Shown here piece by piece: positions 1 to 10,090 of a DNA stretch of 64,000 nt. Origin of the DNA: Methanobacteriota archaeon (GTDB taxonomy: Archaea > Thermoplasmatota > Poseidoniia > Poseidoniales > Poseidoniaceae). The stretch spans positions 1,415-65,414 of the forward strand of contig PAJM01000043.1 of assembly GCA_002706065.1 (NCBI GenBank), written 5' to 3'. How positions within the stretch are numbered: the stretch's first letter is position 1; every line of letters starts with the position of its first letter. The position numbers were made by a program, and so were the translations under genes. The notes under the pieces are model-generated. The model worked only from the letters and a program-made list of their open reading frames with translations, was not told where the DNA came from and made no database searches.

Positions 1-3000
1 GATTGAAGCCTCCTCCTTGACGACCAATGGGTTTGCGTATGGTGCAGAGATTGAGGATACAACGCTTCACTCTGATGTGGGTTCATTCATCAACGGGAAA
101 TCTCAAGGGGTCCATGCAATCGATTCGGACATCAGCATTGGGTCATTGACAACAACAGCTCAGGAAGAGGGGATTGTTCTAAGCGATTCATCTTCACTGA
201 ATGTGGTCGACTGGGTCGCCAATCTTCACAATACGCCACTTCTCCTTGAGGACGATTCATTGGCTCAGGTTCGGACATTCTCTCCACTTAACACCGCACA
301 AGGTTCTAGCGATGTCATTGGTGATGGAACCTTCCTGTACGGCGGGCCAACAACAAGCAGTGTATCGGCCACAAATTCAGGATACCTCTATGAGACCTAT
401 GTATCGTTTGTTGACATGAACAATCAACCAATTCAAGCAACATCGTTTGCATATGGGTTTGTTTCGGAAGCGGATGAAAATGGAATTGCATCCCTTCCGC
501 TTCTTGCGTCAGGGACTGTTGTCGAAGCACTTTACGATGGTCAGGGCGTGAGTGTAGAATTGTATGGGAACCAACAGGGACAAACTGTTCAAATTATCAC
601 ACTCCCTGAAGGAGATTGGAACCTCCCTGCATCGTCAAATGTCGTCTTAGGGGCTCGTCCTGACGGCCAACCCCATCAACTCAATGGAGACCTGACATTC
701 GGCTCGAATGCACAACTCAAACTCATCGATACCACGTTGGTCATCGACTCAGCTTCTGCAGTCGATCTTGGACCATCTGGAACACTGACAGGAGACAAAG
801 GCATCTTGAATGCATCATCATTGATGATGAGCGTCCAATCAACACTCGTTTCGGAAGGGCAGGGGCTTGAGATTCAATCACCGGTTCAATGGTCGTGTTC
901 ACAAGCACAGAACATTGCCAACATTCGATTCATGTCAACGATTTCTTTGGCACCATTGTGTGAAGTTGAGATGATTGGAGGACAAGCAAATGAAGCGATA
1001 TCAATTGGCTCAGGCGCAACATTTGCACTGATTTCGACCCTTGATATTGAAGCTCTCGACAAAGGTCTCCCCATTGAAGGCGCGACAATTATCGTTGATG
1101 GACAGACTGTTCAGACCGATTCCCTTGGCCAAGCGACGGCCCAGACAACAGCCCGTACGGTTGATTCGCAAGGTGATGTCCAAGAAGGAACCAAAACAGT
1201 CACGATGCAAATCAATTCTTTCACGGAATTTTACGCGTGGAATTCTCAAGAATCCACATCGCACACGTTCATGGCGTCGACGGTACCAACAGGGACCATC
1301 ACCTCGTGGCTGATTCTCGAAGAGTCTTGGAGTCCATACCGTCTAGAGGGCGACTTAACGGTAGGTTCAACCACGAAACTCACTGTGAATGATGGTGTTG
1401 AATTACGGATTTCCTCAAATGCAGTAATTGACGTTCAAGGTGTCTTTGAAGCCGGAGATGCAACAATCTCTTCCACTGGTTTCGGTGCACGCTGGGGAGG
1501 GCTTCTACTCGACGGAATTATGGGTTCTCGAATTGACTTATCGGGAACGGTGATGGTCGAGGGCTCTCCTCTCCTTACAATGGCAGGGCTTGGCGAGGCC
1601 AACGTACAGGGGGCGCAATTCGCTCGATCTGCTGGTGCAGACCCACTCATTACCATTCATTCTTCTTCTCAAGGATCGTTAACCCTCATCGATACGGAGT
1701 TACGGGATGCAGGTTCGATGTGCATTCAAACGCAAAGCCCAGATGCGACCATTGTACTACGGGATGTGTCCCTTTCTGACTGCAATGGAGACGGGTTGTG
1801 GGCACGTCTCTCAACCATCGACGCTCATGACATAACACTCGGAAGCGGTCTCGAGGACGGGGTTGATCTCACTGGTACGACTGGTCAACTAACTGGTCTT
1901 CAATCCGATGAATTTGACGGAGAATATGTTCTCCGTATGCAGTCCATTGAGGATGGATTTTCTGTGAGTGATTCAGTTCTTCATGCAGGTCAGAGCGGGG
2001 GACTTTTCGCATTCAGGTGTGAAGATATTCTTCTGACAAATTTGACAGTGCATGGAGCGCCGGCTATCGATCTCGATGAAAGTTCAGGGGTCCTGCGAAA
2101 CATCGTCTTGGAAGGAGAGACTTCGGGAGTGGGCTTGACCATACGCCACGGACTTTCAGAACCTGTTCACGCTGAAACCGTTCAAATCACCGACTATTCC
2201 GTTGGAGTAAAACTTCATGCCCACGACTTTGAAGATCCGGTACCCGTTGTCATGAGCAACGTTTCAGTAACCTCGGTTGAGGCCATTTCTGCAGAATTTT
2301 TTGACCTTCGAATCGAATCATCAACACTCATTGGAGATTTGTCAATCGCAAGTAGTACTGTGAATGCCATCGATTCAACATGGATGGGTCAAGCATCGAT
2401 TGATGCGGGGGGACTCCTTAACGAGTGGTCAACACATTCTCTCCATGCATTGTTGAATGGCGGAGTTGTTGAAGCAGCATATACGTTGAACTCGGACTTC
2501 CTGAGTACACCAATCGATCTGACTGGTCGCTTTGTGGATATCGAAATGCTTCACACCCAAACTGCTGTGGATGGCTCAACCTTGATTTCGATGGCAACAG
2601 TGGAGGCACGTTCTGCCCTGAGTCTCCCAACATCTGAGACCTTTGCTGTAGGGCCGTCTTCACAACAGAATGTGCAGATCATACTGATTGCAAACGCACC
2701 CCCCACTCTTTCCATTCAGACGCCATATTCCGGTCAGCGGTACATGGAAACCACCCCTGTCGAGGTTTCATTTACAGTTCTCGACGATACAACAGAGTTA
2801 GGTGACATCACCGTAACATGGACTGTGTTCAATGCTCAAACCCAACAGGTAACGTCGGGACAGACCGATGCAGCACAATTCAACATCACCTCGCTTGATA
2901 CGGGGTTGTTCGTCGTTCAACTGATTGCAACCGATAATCTCGGCCTCACAGCCTTAGCCGAAGTAGATATTGAAATCACACAGTTGGACACGGATGGGGA

Positions 3001-3403
3001 CTGGACTTCAACCTGCAGTTCTGAGACTTGGTTTGATGCAACGAACGGCTTGCAGTGTGGGCCAGATATTTACGACCCGGATGACGACAACGATGGTCGT
3101 CTGGATACGAACGATGTCTGGCCAAAAGATCCGTGTGCATGGATCGACACCGACGATGACGGCCAACCCGACCGCATTGAGTGCCCACCAGGGGCGTCAA
3201 CGACGCTGTTTGAGGATCAAGACGATGATGGTGACGGTACGCCCGATGCATTGGAGGGCAGCTCTTCTGGGGAGTCTGAAGAGAACTCAACAGCGTTGAT
3301 TCTTATCGGCGCAATCGTCATCCTTGTTCTCATTGTCTTCTTTATTAGAATACGTGGCGGTGGGCCAAAGACGCTCGGCGAAATTGATGAGCGCATGCTC
3401 TGA
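1..3403 (+). CDS. Giant cell-surface protein, N-terminus outside window (beta-helix-like repeats; thrombospondin-type-3-like Asp-rich Ca-binding repeats; C-terminal TM anchor)
   Basis: The frame of ORF 17..3403 stays open back to nt 2 with no stop, so the true start is off-window. Asp runs DTDGD, DPDDDNDGRLD, DTDDDGQPD and DQDDDGDGTPD lie at ~2985-3250. The C-terminus has the hydrophobic helix ALILIGAIVILVLIVFFI followed by RIRGGG. Confidence 0.75.
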   Translation, partial: IEASSLTTNGFAYGAEIEDTTLHSDVGSFINGKSQGVHAIDSDISIGSLTTTAQEEGIVLSDSSSLNVVDWVANLHNTPLLLEDDSLAQVRTFSPLNTAQGSSDVIGDGTFLYGGPTTSSVSATNSGYLYETYVSFVDMNNQPIQATSFAYGFVSEADENGIASLPLLASGTVVEALYDGQGVSVELYGNQQGQTVQIITLPEGDWNLPASSNVVLGARPDGQPHQLNGDLTFGSNAQLKLIDTTLVIDSASAVDLGPSGTLTGDKGILNASSLMMSVQSTLVSEGQGLEIQSPVQWSCSQAQNIANIRFMSTISLAPLCEVEMIGGQANEAISIGSGATFALISTLDIEALDKGLPIEGATIIVDGQTVQTDSLGQATAQTTARTVDSQGDVQEGTKTVTMQINSFTEFYAWNSQESTSHTFMASTVPTGTITSWLILEESWSPYRLEGDLTVGSTTKLTVNDGVELRISSNAVIDVQGVFEAGDATISSTGFGARWGGLLLDGIMGSRIDLSGTVMVEGSPLLTMAGLGEANVQGAQFARSAGADPLITIHSSSQGSLTLIDTELRDAGSMCIQTQSPDATIVLRDVSLSDCNGDGLWARLSTIDAHDITLGSGLEDGVDLTGTTGQLTGLQSDEFDGEYVLRMQSIEDGFSVSDSVLHAGQSGGLFAFRCEDILLTNLTVHGAPAIDLDESSGVLRNIVLEGETSGVGLTIRHGLSEPVHAETVQITDYSVGVKLHAHDFEDPVPVVMSNVSVTSVEAISAEFFDLRIESSTLIGDLSIASSTVNAIDSTWMGQASIDAGGLLNEWSTHSLHALLNGGVVEAAYTLNSDFLSTPIDLTGRFVDIEMLHTQTAVDGSTLISMATVEARSALSLPTSETFAVGPSSQQNVQIILIANAPPTLSIQTPYSGQRYMETTPVEVSFTVLDDTTELGDITVTWTVFNAQTQQVTSGQTDAAQFNITSLDTGLFVVQLIATDNLGLTALAEVDIEITQLDTDGDWTSTCSSETWFDATNGLQCGPDIYDPDDDNDGRLDTNDVWPKDPCAWIDTDDDGQPDRIECPPGASTTLFEDQDDDGDGTPDALEGSSSGESEENSTALILIGAIVILVLIVFFIRIRGGGPKTLGEIDERML

Positions 3404-3412
3404 GGTGAAGCG

Positions 3413-3940
3413 ATGCTACCAAGTGCAGAACCTGTTGCAATCGCAATGGTTGTTATTCTTGGTGGTATCGTTGTTTGGGATGCTTGGTGGCTCACCCGGC
3501 AACATCTCGACATCCCTCAATTTGGGCAACTCCCAAACGATGGGTTTGCCTGGAAGAGTGAACGAAGTCACGAGATGTTTCGGCAATGGGCGAATCTTGG
3601 TTCCATGGCAGCGATGATGGCACTACCTTGGGGGTTTGCGTCATTTTCAGACACACCGATTTCCTACGTCATCATCTGGGACGTGCTCCTCGGCCTTCAC
3701 ATCATTTCGTTACTGGTGCCGAAACGATATGCCGTTACATCGACGCATCTCTTCGCAGACGGCCAGCGCTACGAGTGGAATAGGCTTGTGCTGGCGAAGC
3801 GACAGCCAAAGTATCGTATCATGCTGCTTCGGAAAGGATGGGGGCCATTTGGCCCACTCCCCTTGGGAGGAGATCGACTTGACCTTGATATCGCTGCTGA
3901 AAAAATCATCGAAATCCTCCATCCTGATCACGAGGAATGA
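3413..3940 (+). CDS. Hypothetical membrane protein
   Basis: 175-aa ORF starting 10 nt after the upstream stop. Hydrophobic segments: VAIAMVVILGGIVVW, LGSMAAMMALPWGF, YVIIWDVLLGLHIISLLV. No family motif recognised. Confidence 0.5.
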   Translation: MLPSAEPVAIAMVVILGGIVVWDAWWLTRQHLDIPQFGQLPNDGFAWKSERSHEMFRQWANLGSMAAMMALPWGFASFSDTPISYVIIWDVLLGLHIISLLVPKRYAVTSTHLFADGQRYEWNRLVLAKRQPKYRIMLLRKGWGPFGPLPLGGDRLDLDIAAEKIIEILHPDHEE

Positions 3941-3980
3941 TGAGGGGTATGGCTAAGTGATTCCTTGATGTGTTTCAATC

Positions 3981-4421
3981 ATGGAATGGGCGCGAAGTGA
4001 CGATGATGTTGTGGTTGTTCTCGAACCGGGTGAGGAAATTCATGCCTCGCTTCGTAAACTTGCTGATGAACTTGAAATCAATGGTGCAGTCATCACCAGC
4101 GGTATCGGTAGAACAATACGTTCGACCTTTGGGTATATGGATGACACCTTCACGTATCATCGACGCACTCTGGAACAGCCGGCTGAACTCGTAACCCTGC
4201 AAGGAAACCTCGCGCGCCACGAGAATGGTTCCGCATTCACACACCTTCATGCAACCTTTGCCGACGATGATTTTGTCACAAAATCTGGACATATGTTTGA
4301 AGCAACAGTCTTTGTTGTAGCAGAAATCCATATGCGCATTATGTCGAAAATTGTAATGACAAGATGCCCGATGGTTGACGGAGAATTCGTCGAACTTAAG
4401 CTTCAAAATCATGAACCTTAA
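3981..4421 (+). CDS. PPC/DUF296-family protein (PD1-like predicted DNA-binding fold)
   Basis: VVVLEPGEEIHASLRKLADELEINGAVITSGIGR ... ELVTLQGNLA ... THLHATFADDD ... GHMFEATVFVVAEI follows the PPC-domain pattern as I recall it. Confidence 0.7.
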   Translation: MEWARSDDDVVVVLEPGEEIHASLRKLADELEINGAVITSGIGRTIRSTFGYMDDTFTYHRRTLEQPAELVTLQGNLARHENGSAFTHLHATFADDDFVTKSGHMFEATVFVVAEIHMRIMSKIVMTRCPMVDGEFVELKLQNHEP

Positions 4422-4445
4422 ATGGGGTCGAAACGGTGAGGAACC

Positions 4446-6566
4446 ATGGCTCGAGACGACCCGGAGGCGGATTCGAAACGGAGCCGTATAGCGTGGTTGG
4501 CCGAGCAGATTGCATACCATTCCGATCTTTATTACAATCAAGCAAAAAGCGAGATTTCAGATGCTGAATTTGACAATCTTTGGGATGAACTGAAACAACT
4601 TGATTCCGGACACCCACAGCTTCAACGCGTGGGCGCAGAAATCGATCCTGGAACCGTAAAAGTGGATCACATGTTCCCCATGCGTTCGCTCAACAAAGGG
4701 ACCGACGACGAAGATATCGGGCATTTTGTGAAAGAATCCTCACTGGAATCAACACGTTTCATTTCTCAGCCGAAATTGGATGGTTCAGCACTTTCTTTGG
4801 AATATCGCAAAGGACGACTGGTTCGAGGGGCAACTCGCGGTAGTGGGGACCGCGGCGAAGATGTCACAAAGAATGCTCGCAGAGTGGAGAATGTCCCGCA
4901 CACACTTGGCGCAGAAGTCGACGTCCATATCCGTGGCGAGGTTGTCATGAGGAAATCTGTTTTTGAGGAAAAGTATCGTGATGTTTCTCCAAATCCACGC
5001 AACCTTGCAGCCGGTGCACTTCGGCAAAAGAAAGCCGATGGGAAAGGTGATGCGGGTGATCTGGTATTCTTAGCATACGATGCGAAATTCCCATCAGCAG
5101 CCGATCGCCATCCTGATTCAGAATCTCCTCCACAAGATCGTTTTGATAGTTCAATTCTCGAATGGCTCAGCAACATCGCCAACGTTCAGCCAGCACCCTG
5201 GGTTGTTCATGACTCGGATTCTGAGCAAGCATCCATCGACTCTCTCTGTCTTGAAACGCGTAGATGGAGTGAAGATCGTGCAACGTACGATTTCGAAATC
5301 GATGGCCTGGTATTCAAAGTGGATGACCTTGAGAAACGAGCGATACTCGGAATGACGGCACATCATCCTCGTTGGGCGCTTGCATGGAAATTTCCTCCAG
5401 AAGAAGCGACTTCGGTTCTCCTTAGTGTTGATTGGCAGACGGGCCGAACGGGAGCAATCACGCCAGTTGCTCGAATTGCACCTCAGCGAGTCGGCGGTGT
5501 AACGGTTGAGAACACGACCTTGCACAATCTCGGTGAAGTTGAACGATTGGGCATTCAAATTGGAGACAAAGTTCGCATTGTGCGTCGTGGAGATGTGATT
5601 CCGAAGATTGAGATGGGTCTTGGCCCTGCAACACAACACGACATCGACGGCCGAGTTCATGCGAATGGAGAACCATTCCTAGGTGAGTTGCCACAACCTC
5701 AGAAAATCACTCCACCCAATACGTGTCCTGCTTGTGAAGGCCCAGTTGAGATTGAGGGCGCTATCCTCCGTTGCACGGACGTTCAATGTACGGCACGACT
5801 CGGCCGAAGTATCCTCTACTACTGTCGAGCGCTCGAGATGGATGGTATTGGCGAGAAACTTGTTGAGCAACTCATCGATGAGGGGCTCATCTCAAGCATA
5901 CCTGATCTCTATCGCCTCGATGAGCAAACGTTACTCTCTCTTGAGCGAACGGGCAAAAAATCTGCAGATAATGTACTCAATGAAGTCAACAAGAGCCGAG
6001 CAATGACATTTTCTAAGTTTCTCAGTGCACTCGGATTGCCAGGGATTGGGCCTGAACTCGCCTCTGCAATTGCCAATCATTTTCAACAACCGCAACAGCT
6101 TATGCAGTGGGTTGAAGACAGTTTAGAAGACCCTTCAATTGTTTCACAACTGACAACGATTGACGGTGTGGGAGATATCGTAGCCTTGCAACTTCGAAAT
6201 GGGATTCATCTCCGAATGGCATTCATTGTTGATCTCCTTTCCCAACTAAGCATTCAACATGAGCAATTAGCCGCTGCTGGAGGTCCATTCGAAGGGATGA
6301 CCTTCTGTGTAACGGGAACCTTGTCGGAATCACGCAAGAGCATTCAAGCACGAATCAAGGCTGCAGGTGGAAAGGTCGTAGGTAGCGTATCGGGCAACCT
6401 GTCAATTCTCGTAGCAGGAGAAAATGCAGGGTCAAAACTTGCGAAAGCAGAGAAGCTTGGCATTCAAACATGGGACGAAGAGACTCTACTGAATCGCCTC
6501 TCCACCGGAGACATGGACGAGGAAAATGCATCATCATCCACTCAACCAACCTTGTTTGATTATTGA
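4446..6566 (+). CDS. ligA: NAD+-dependent DNA ligase
   Basis: N-terminal Ia-like region (YHSDLYYNQAKSEISDAEFDNLWDEL). Adenylation motif SQPKLDGSALSLEY (KxDG). Zn finger CPACEGPVEIEGAILRCTDVQC. HhH region. C-terminal BRCT (GMTFCVTGTL...ILVAGENAGSKLAKAEKLGI). 706 aa. Confidence 0.93.
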   Translation: MARDDPEADSKRSRIAWLAEQIAYHSDLYYNQAKSEISDAEFDNLWDELKQLDSGHPQLQRVGAEIDPGTVKVDHMFPMRSLNKGTDDEDIGHFVKESSLESTRFISQPKLDGSALSLEYRKGRLVRGATRGSGDRGEDVTKNARRVENVPHTLGAEVDVHIRGEVVMRKSVFEEKYRDVSPNPRNLAAGALRQKKADGKGDAGDLVFLAYDAKFPSAADRHPDSESPPQDRFDSSILEWLSNIANVQPAPWVVHDSDSEQASIDSLCLETRRWSEDRATYDFEIDGLVFKVDDLEKRAILGMTAHHPRWALAWKFPPEEATSVLLSVDWQTGRTGAITPVARIAPQRVGGVTVENTTLHNLGEVERLGIQIGDKVRIVRRGDVIPKIEMGLGPATQHDIDGRVHANGEPFLGELPQPQKITPPNTCPACEGPVEIEGAILRCTDVQCTARLGRSILYYCRALEMDGIGEKLVEQLIDEGLISSIPDLYRLDEQTLLSLERTGKKSADNVLNEVNKSRAMTFSKFLSALGLPGIGPELASAIANHFQQPQQLMQWVEDSLEDPSIVSQLTTIDGVGDIVALQLRNGIHLRMAFIVDLLSQLSIQHEQLAAAGGPFEGMTFCVTGTLSESRKSIQARIKAAGGKVVGSVSGNLSILVAGENAGSKLAKAEKLGIQTWDEETLLNRLSTGDMDEENASSSTQPTLFDY

Positions 6567-6623
6567 GAAATTTTCTGGTGGCCAGAACGAACATTCTTAA
6601 CGAATTAAACTCAGTTTTCATTT

Positions 6624-9131
6624 ATGCAAGCAAAGGCTCTCCTTCTCTCCGCCTTGCTAGCGTTGGTGTTACTTTCACCGGTCATTGAGGCGAATTCCAA
6701 CGGTAAGCACTTCTCATCAGGGGGCTGCGGCTGTCATGGAGGTAGCTCATCGTCCGTTTCAATCTCAGAAAATTTCCCTTCAAGCTATACGGCGGGACAG
6801 ACCTATTCGATTCAGGTTTCTCTTTCTGGTGGTGTTTCAGGCTCGAAAGGTGGATTCAATGTTGAGGTTGACAAAGGATCCTTTTCAACGGGCGGGAATT
6901 CAGGCGTTAAGGTAAGCGGGAAGTCGATTACTCATTCAAACAAAGCAAGTCGTGCATGGAATTTTGATTGGACCGCCCCAGCTTCCGGAAGTGGAACCGT
7001 AGCAGTTGGCATTGCAGGTCTAACCGCAAACGGGGGCGGAACTGGTGGAGACGCTTGGACGACGATGAGCCGAACCATTACGGAAACGGTTGTTGCAACC
7101 AACAACCCTCCTACTGCGACCAATGTTCAGATATCTCCCTCCACTGCAACCTCGCTTGACGATTTGTCTGTGGCTTACGTGTACAACGATCAAGACGGTG
7201 ATGCCCAGAGTGGAACAACTATCCATTGGTTCAAGAACGGCGTGCATCAAACCCAGTTTGATGGCCTTTTGACGTTGAACAAAGCCCACACAGTACGGAA
7301 TGATGACTGGCAAGTACAGGTCACGCCAAGTGACGGAGAAGATTTCGGTTCAACTGCAAGTTCAAACATTGTTACGATTTTCAATGCACCTCCAACTCTT
7401 GCATCCTCGAGTGTATCGCCGACAAGCCCAACAACCGATGATGCACTTACAGCATCGCTGGGTGGTGCAAATGACAACGATGGTGACACGCTAAGTTATG
7501 CGTACCGTTGGTTGCTCGATGGTGCCTTGCAAGATGGGTTGAATGATATGGCTACCCTTCCTTCTTACGTTACGAGGGTTGGAGATGTTTGGGAAGTCGA
7601 GATCCGAGCATACGACGGAGAAGATTACTCGGGTTGGGTGCGCTCAGGTTCCGTATCCATCGGCGGACAGTTGCAAAATACACCTCCAACAGTTGATTCA
7701 ATTTCACTATCCCCCACAAATCCAACAACATCAGATTCCATTCTAGTCGCGATCACCTCCTCAGATGCGGACATGGACTCCATTATCGAGACGCAATTCC
7801 GCTGGCTGAGGAACGGAGTGGTGACAGCAATCTCAACCTCGACTCTGGATAATTCTGAAACCAACAAAGGAGAATCATGGGCCGTAGATGTCCGAGTGAA
7901 TGATGGTACGGATTGGTCTGCTTGGACCACATCTGCGAACGTCCAAATCGGTAATACAGCGCCTCTCCTTGAAACAGCAGCACTTAGTCACACAGAAGCA
8001 TTCACGGACGAATCTCTTAGCGTAACTGCGGTTATGAGTGACGTCGACGGTGATGCATTAACAATGAACATTGCATGGTATCTTTCCGGTGATTTGCAGT
8101 CAACCTACCAGAACTTCGAGACACTTCCGTCTTCAGCAACAACGAAGGGAGATGTTTGGACGGCCATCGTTCAAGCCTACGATGGGACTGAAACAAGTTC
8201 AGCGAGTGAAACGCTTACTGCCAATATCGTGAATTCTGAGCCCGTTGTGGACATCGAACTCAACGATGCAGTGACATCTCAAGATGAGTTGTCATTCACG
8301 TCACAGATTACTGATCTGGACGATGATTCCACCGAATTTGTTTCAATTGCATGGTTCCGCAATGGATTCCGAGAAGGATCTCTTGACAATGCCACGACCG
8401 TTCCATCCTCCTACCTTGGACCAGGGCAGGAATGGAGCATCGAGGTTGTGACATCTGACGGCGAGGCAACGATTCTCTCCACCACTTCTGTCATCATTGA
8501 AAACGCACCACCAGTTGCAAGAATTACGGTTCTGACAGATTCTTTGTTTGCTGGAGAGCGCACACACCTTTCCGGAGTTCAATCTACAGACTCCGATTCT
8601 TCAATTATCCGATATCAATGGAGTTGGGCAGAAGGTGGTGCATCAGGAATCGAAGCATCTCCACTCATGCCGCAAACCGGTTCAATCGATGTGACCCTCG
8701 TTGTAACAGATTCGGCTGGTGCTACCAATTCAACGACCATACGACTCGATACAATCGCAGCATTACCATGCCCTGTTCTTACATCATCTGTTTCTGAGGG
8801 CGAGGTTGTTCTTGATTGGACATGGGGTGCGCCCACATCACCCTCCTTTGAAGTCAGCAGGAATGGTGTTCCAGTCGGTCTTACCTATGCGAATACGTTT
8901 ACCGATACACCAAGTTTGACGGGAATATCAACGTATCAAGTTCAGACTCTCATCGGTGATCGTGTTCTCGAATCTCCTTGCCAGTCTTCATCGGTTGATG
9001 TTCTCGTAGAAGCTCCGTTAACCGATGCTGAACAGGGGCCATCTGCCCTTGCAGGACTTGGGTTGGGTTCCGTTTATGCGATTCTCGGCCTCCTCTTACT
9101 GGTGTCGAGTCTTCTGCGTCGAGGTGATTGA
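6624..9131 (+). CDS. Secreted, C-terminally anchored surface protein: N-terminal Cys-His-Gly (Reeler-like?) domain, five tandem beta-sandwich modules, PKD-like and FN3-like domains
   Basis: Signal peptide MQAKALLLSALLALVLLSPVIEA. GGCGCHGG lies near the mature N-terminus. Repeats follow (next feature). PKD-like stretch: IIRYQWSWAEGG...VTLVVTDSAGATNS. FN3-like stretch: EVVLDWTWGAPTSPSFEVSRNG. C-terminal helix LAGLGLGSVYAILGLLLLVSSLL + RRGD. Confidence 0.8.
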   Translation: MQAKALLLSALLALVLLSPVIEANSNGKHFSSGGCGCHGGSSSSVSISENFPSSYTAGQTYSIQVSLSGGVSGSKGGFNVEVDKGSFSTGGNSGVKVSGKSITHSNKASRAWNFDWTAPASGSGTVAVGIAGLTANGGGTGGDAWTTMSRTITETVVATNNPPTATNVQISPSTATSLDDLSVAYVYNDQDGDAQSGTTIHWFKNGVHQTQFDGLLTLNKAHTVRNDDWQVQVTPSDGEDFGSTASSNIVTIFNAPPTLASSSVSPTSPTTDDALTASLGGANDNDGDTLSYAYRWLLDGALQDGLNDMATLPSYVTRVGDVWEVEIRAYDGEDYSGWVRSGSVSIGGQLQNTPPTVDSISLSPTNPTTSDSILVAITSSDADMDSIIETQFRWLRNGVVTAISTSTLDNSETNKGESWAVDVRVNDGTDWSAWTTSANVQIGNTAPLLETAALSHTEAFTDESLSVTAVMSDVDGDALTMNIAWYLSGDLQSTYQNFETLPSSATTKGDVWTAIVQAYDGTETSSASETLTANIVNSEPVVDIELNDAVTSQDELSFTSQITDLDDDSTEFVSIAWFRNGFREGSLDNATTVPSSYLGPGQEWSIEVVTSDGEATILSTTSVIIENAPPVARITVLTDSLFAGERTHLSGVQSTDSDSSIIRYQWSWAEGGASGIEASPLMPQTGSIDVTLVVTDSAGATNSTTIRLDTIAALPCPVLTSSVSEGEVVLDWTWGAPTSPSFEVSRNGVPVGLTYANTFTDTPSLTGISTYQVQTLIGDRVLESPCQSSSVDVLVEAPLTDAEQGPSALAGLGLGSVYAILGLLLLVSSLLRRGD
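7101..8501 (+). repeat. Five in-frame tandem protein repeats (~90-98 aa each) inside CDS 6624..9131
   Basis: Units start at aa 160 (NNPPTAT), 254 (NAPPTLA), 352 (NTPPTVD), 444 (NTAPLLE) and 537 (NSEPVVD). Each contains W(F/Y/L)xNG ... (D/E)xW ... V.V.(S/Y/N)DGxD. Similarity is at protein level and the DNA copies have diverged. Confidence 0.8.
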
Positions 9132-9133
9132 GC

Positions 9134-10090
9134 ATGCGATCCAAACTTGTTTTGTTCATTACCCTCTGTCTTGTAATCCCGCTTCATGTAAGCGGAAATC
9201 CGGGTGGCGTGGGGAACAGTCTAGAGAACATGCAATGTGGTGGTGCTTGCCATGGTGATGCCGATCAAAATGCAACATCAAACCTCCAACTGAGTTTACA
9301 ACCATCTGGAACAGTATGGGTTGGCCAACCTGCTGAAATTGTTGTGCAAATATCAGGTTTGGATACGTCCCACGCCCTTGACGAATTGGGTATATTCCTA
9401 CTTTCATCAACAAATGCGAATGGAGATATTCCAACAACAGATGGATGGGATATACTTTCAGATGGGATGGGTGGCGCAAACAACTACATCGAATATACGT
9501 CAGTTGATTCAGCAATTCTAACCCATTCTTGGATTCTTCGTGCGGATGAGGTTGGGGAGAAGATACTGTATGTTTCCGTTCATCATGGAGATAATACTGG
9601 AACCGATGCAGGAAGTCCATTCTTTGGCGTATCCCAAGCATACCCTTTCTCAGTTGAACCCATTCCTGACAACCTCCAACGACTTGATCCTGAGTATAAA
9701 CCGCCGATATCACGAGACATCGGTGAGTCAACGAATCTCTGTGTTCAAACCATTGCTGCAAGCAACGTCATCATCGAATGGCGCGAACCGTCCGGACTGC
9801 CGAATCAACTTGACACCACTCTGGTCAATGGATGTTGGGAGGCCGAATTACCAGCCTCTCTTGTCGCTTCAAACATAGAATGGCGAGCGATACTCGATGG
9901 AGAAGGGCCTCAACAGACGACACCTTGGTTTTCTCTTACAAGTGCTGAACCGTCATGGGAAGCGGATGAGTTGGCATTGATGCTTCAGTCAATCGCACAT
10001 GTCGTGCTTTTCTTCGGGTTGGTTCTCCTGGTTCGGAAACCTCGTCGCCGGAATGATGAATTCAAGGATTATATGGAGGAAAACATATGA
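9134..10090 (+). CDS. Secreted, C-terminally anchored protein with a paralogous N-terminal Cys-His-Gly domain
   Basis: ATG at 9134, 2 nt after the upstream stop (the ORF track starts at TTG 9128). Signal peptide MRSKLVLFITLCLVIPLHVSG. CGGACHG at 9236-9256. C-terminal helix IAHVVLFFGLVLLV + RKPRRRN. Confidence 0.75.
   Translation: MRSKLVLFITLCLVIPLHVSGNPGGVGNSLENMQCGGACHGDADQNATSNLQLSLQPSGTVWVGQPAEIVVQISGLDTSHALDELGIFLLSSTNANGDIPTTDGWDILSDGMGGANNYIEYTSVDSAILTHSWILRADEVGEKILYVSVHHGDNTGTDAGSPFFGVSQAYPFSVEPIPDNLQRLDPEYKPPISRDIGESTNLCVQTIAASNVIIEWREPSGLPNQLDTTLVNGCWEAELPASLVASNIEWRAILDGEGPQQTTPWFSLTSAEPSWEADELALMLQSIAHVVLFFGLVLLVRKPRRRNDEFKDYMEENI

Noticed and set aside
3937-3990. C/D-box sRNA-like AATGATGA in the 40-nt intergenic gap
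   Set aside because: I found no matching D box (CTGA) or terminal stem within a plausible distance. The ATGATGA overlaps the stop region of the upstream gene.
3975-4541. 188-aa minus-strand ORF over the PPC/DUF296 gene and the ligA start
   Set aside because: It is antisense to two motif-supported genes. It is Cys/His/Phe-rich and looks like a shadow ORF.
6720-6743. Possible c-type cytochrome heme-binding sites (GGCGCHGG here and CGGACHG at 9236-9256)
   Set aside because: The spacing is CxCH and CxxxCH, not canonical CxxCH, so I do not call these proteins cytochromes c. The conserved Cys-His-Gly is kept only as an unexplained motif in the findings.
7101-8501. Periodic ~280-nt repeats, considered as a possible CRISPR or satellite array
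   Set aside because: The repeats are in-frame protein modules of one long ORF. They are far longer than CRISPR repeats, have no spacer structure, and their DNA identity between units is low.
9159-9761. 200-aa minus-strand ORF inside CDS 9134..10090
   Set aside because: It is antisense to a gene with a signal peptide, a TM anchor and an operon context. It carries no features of its own.
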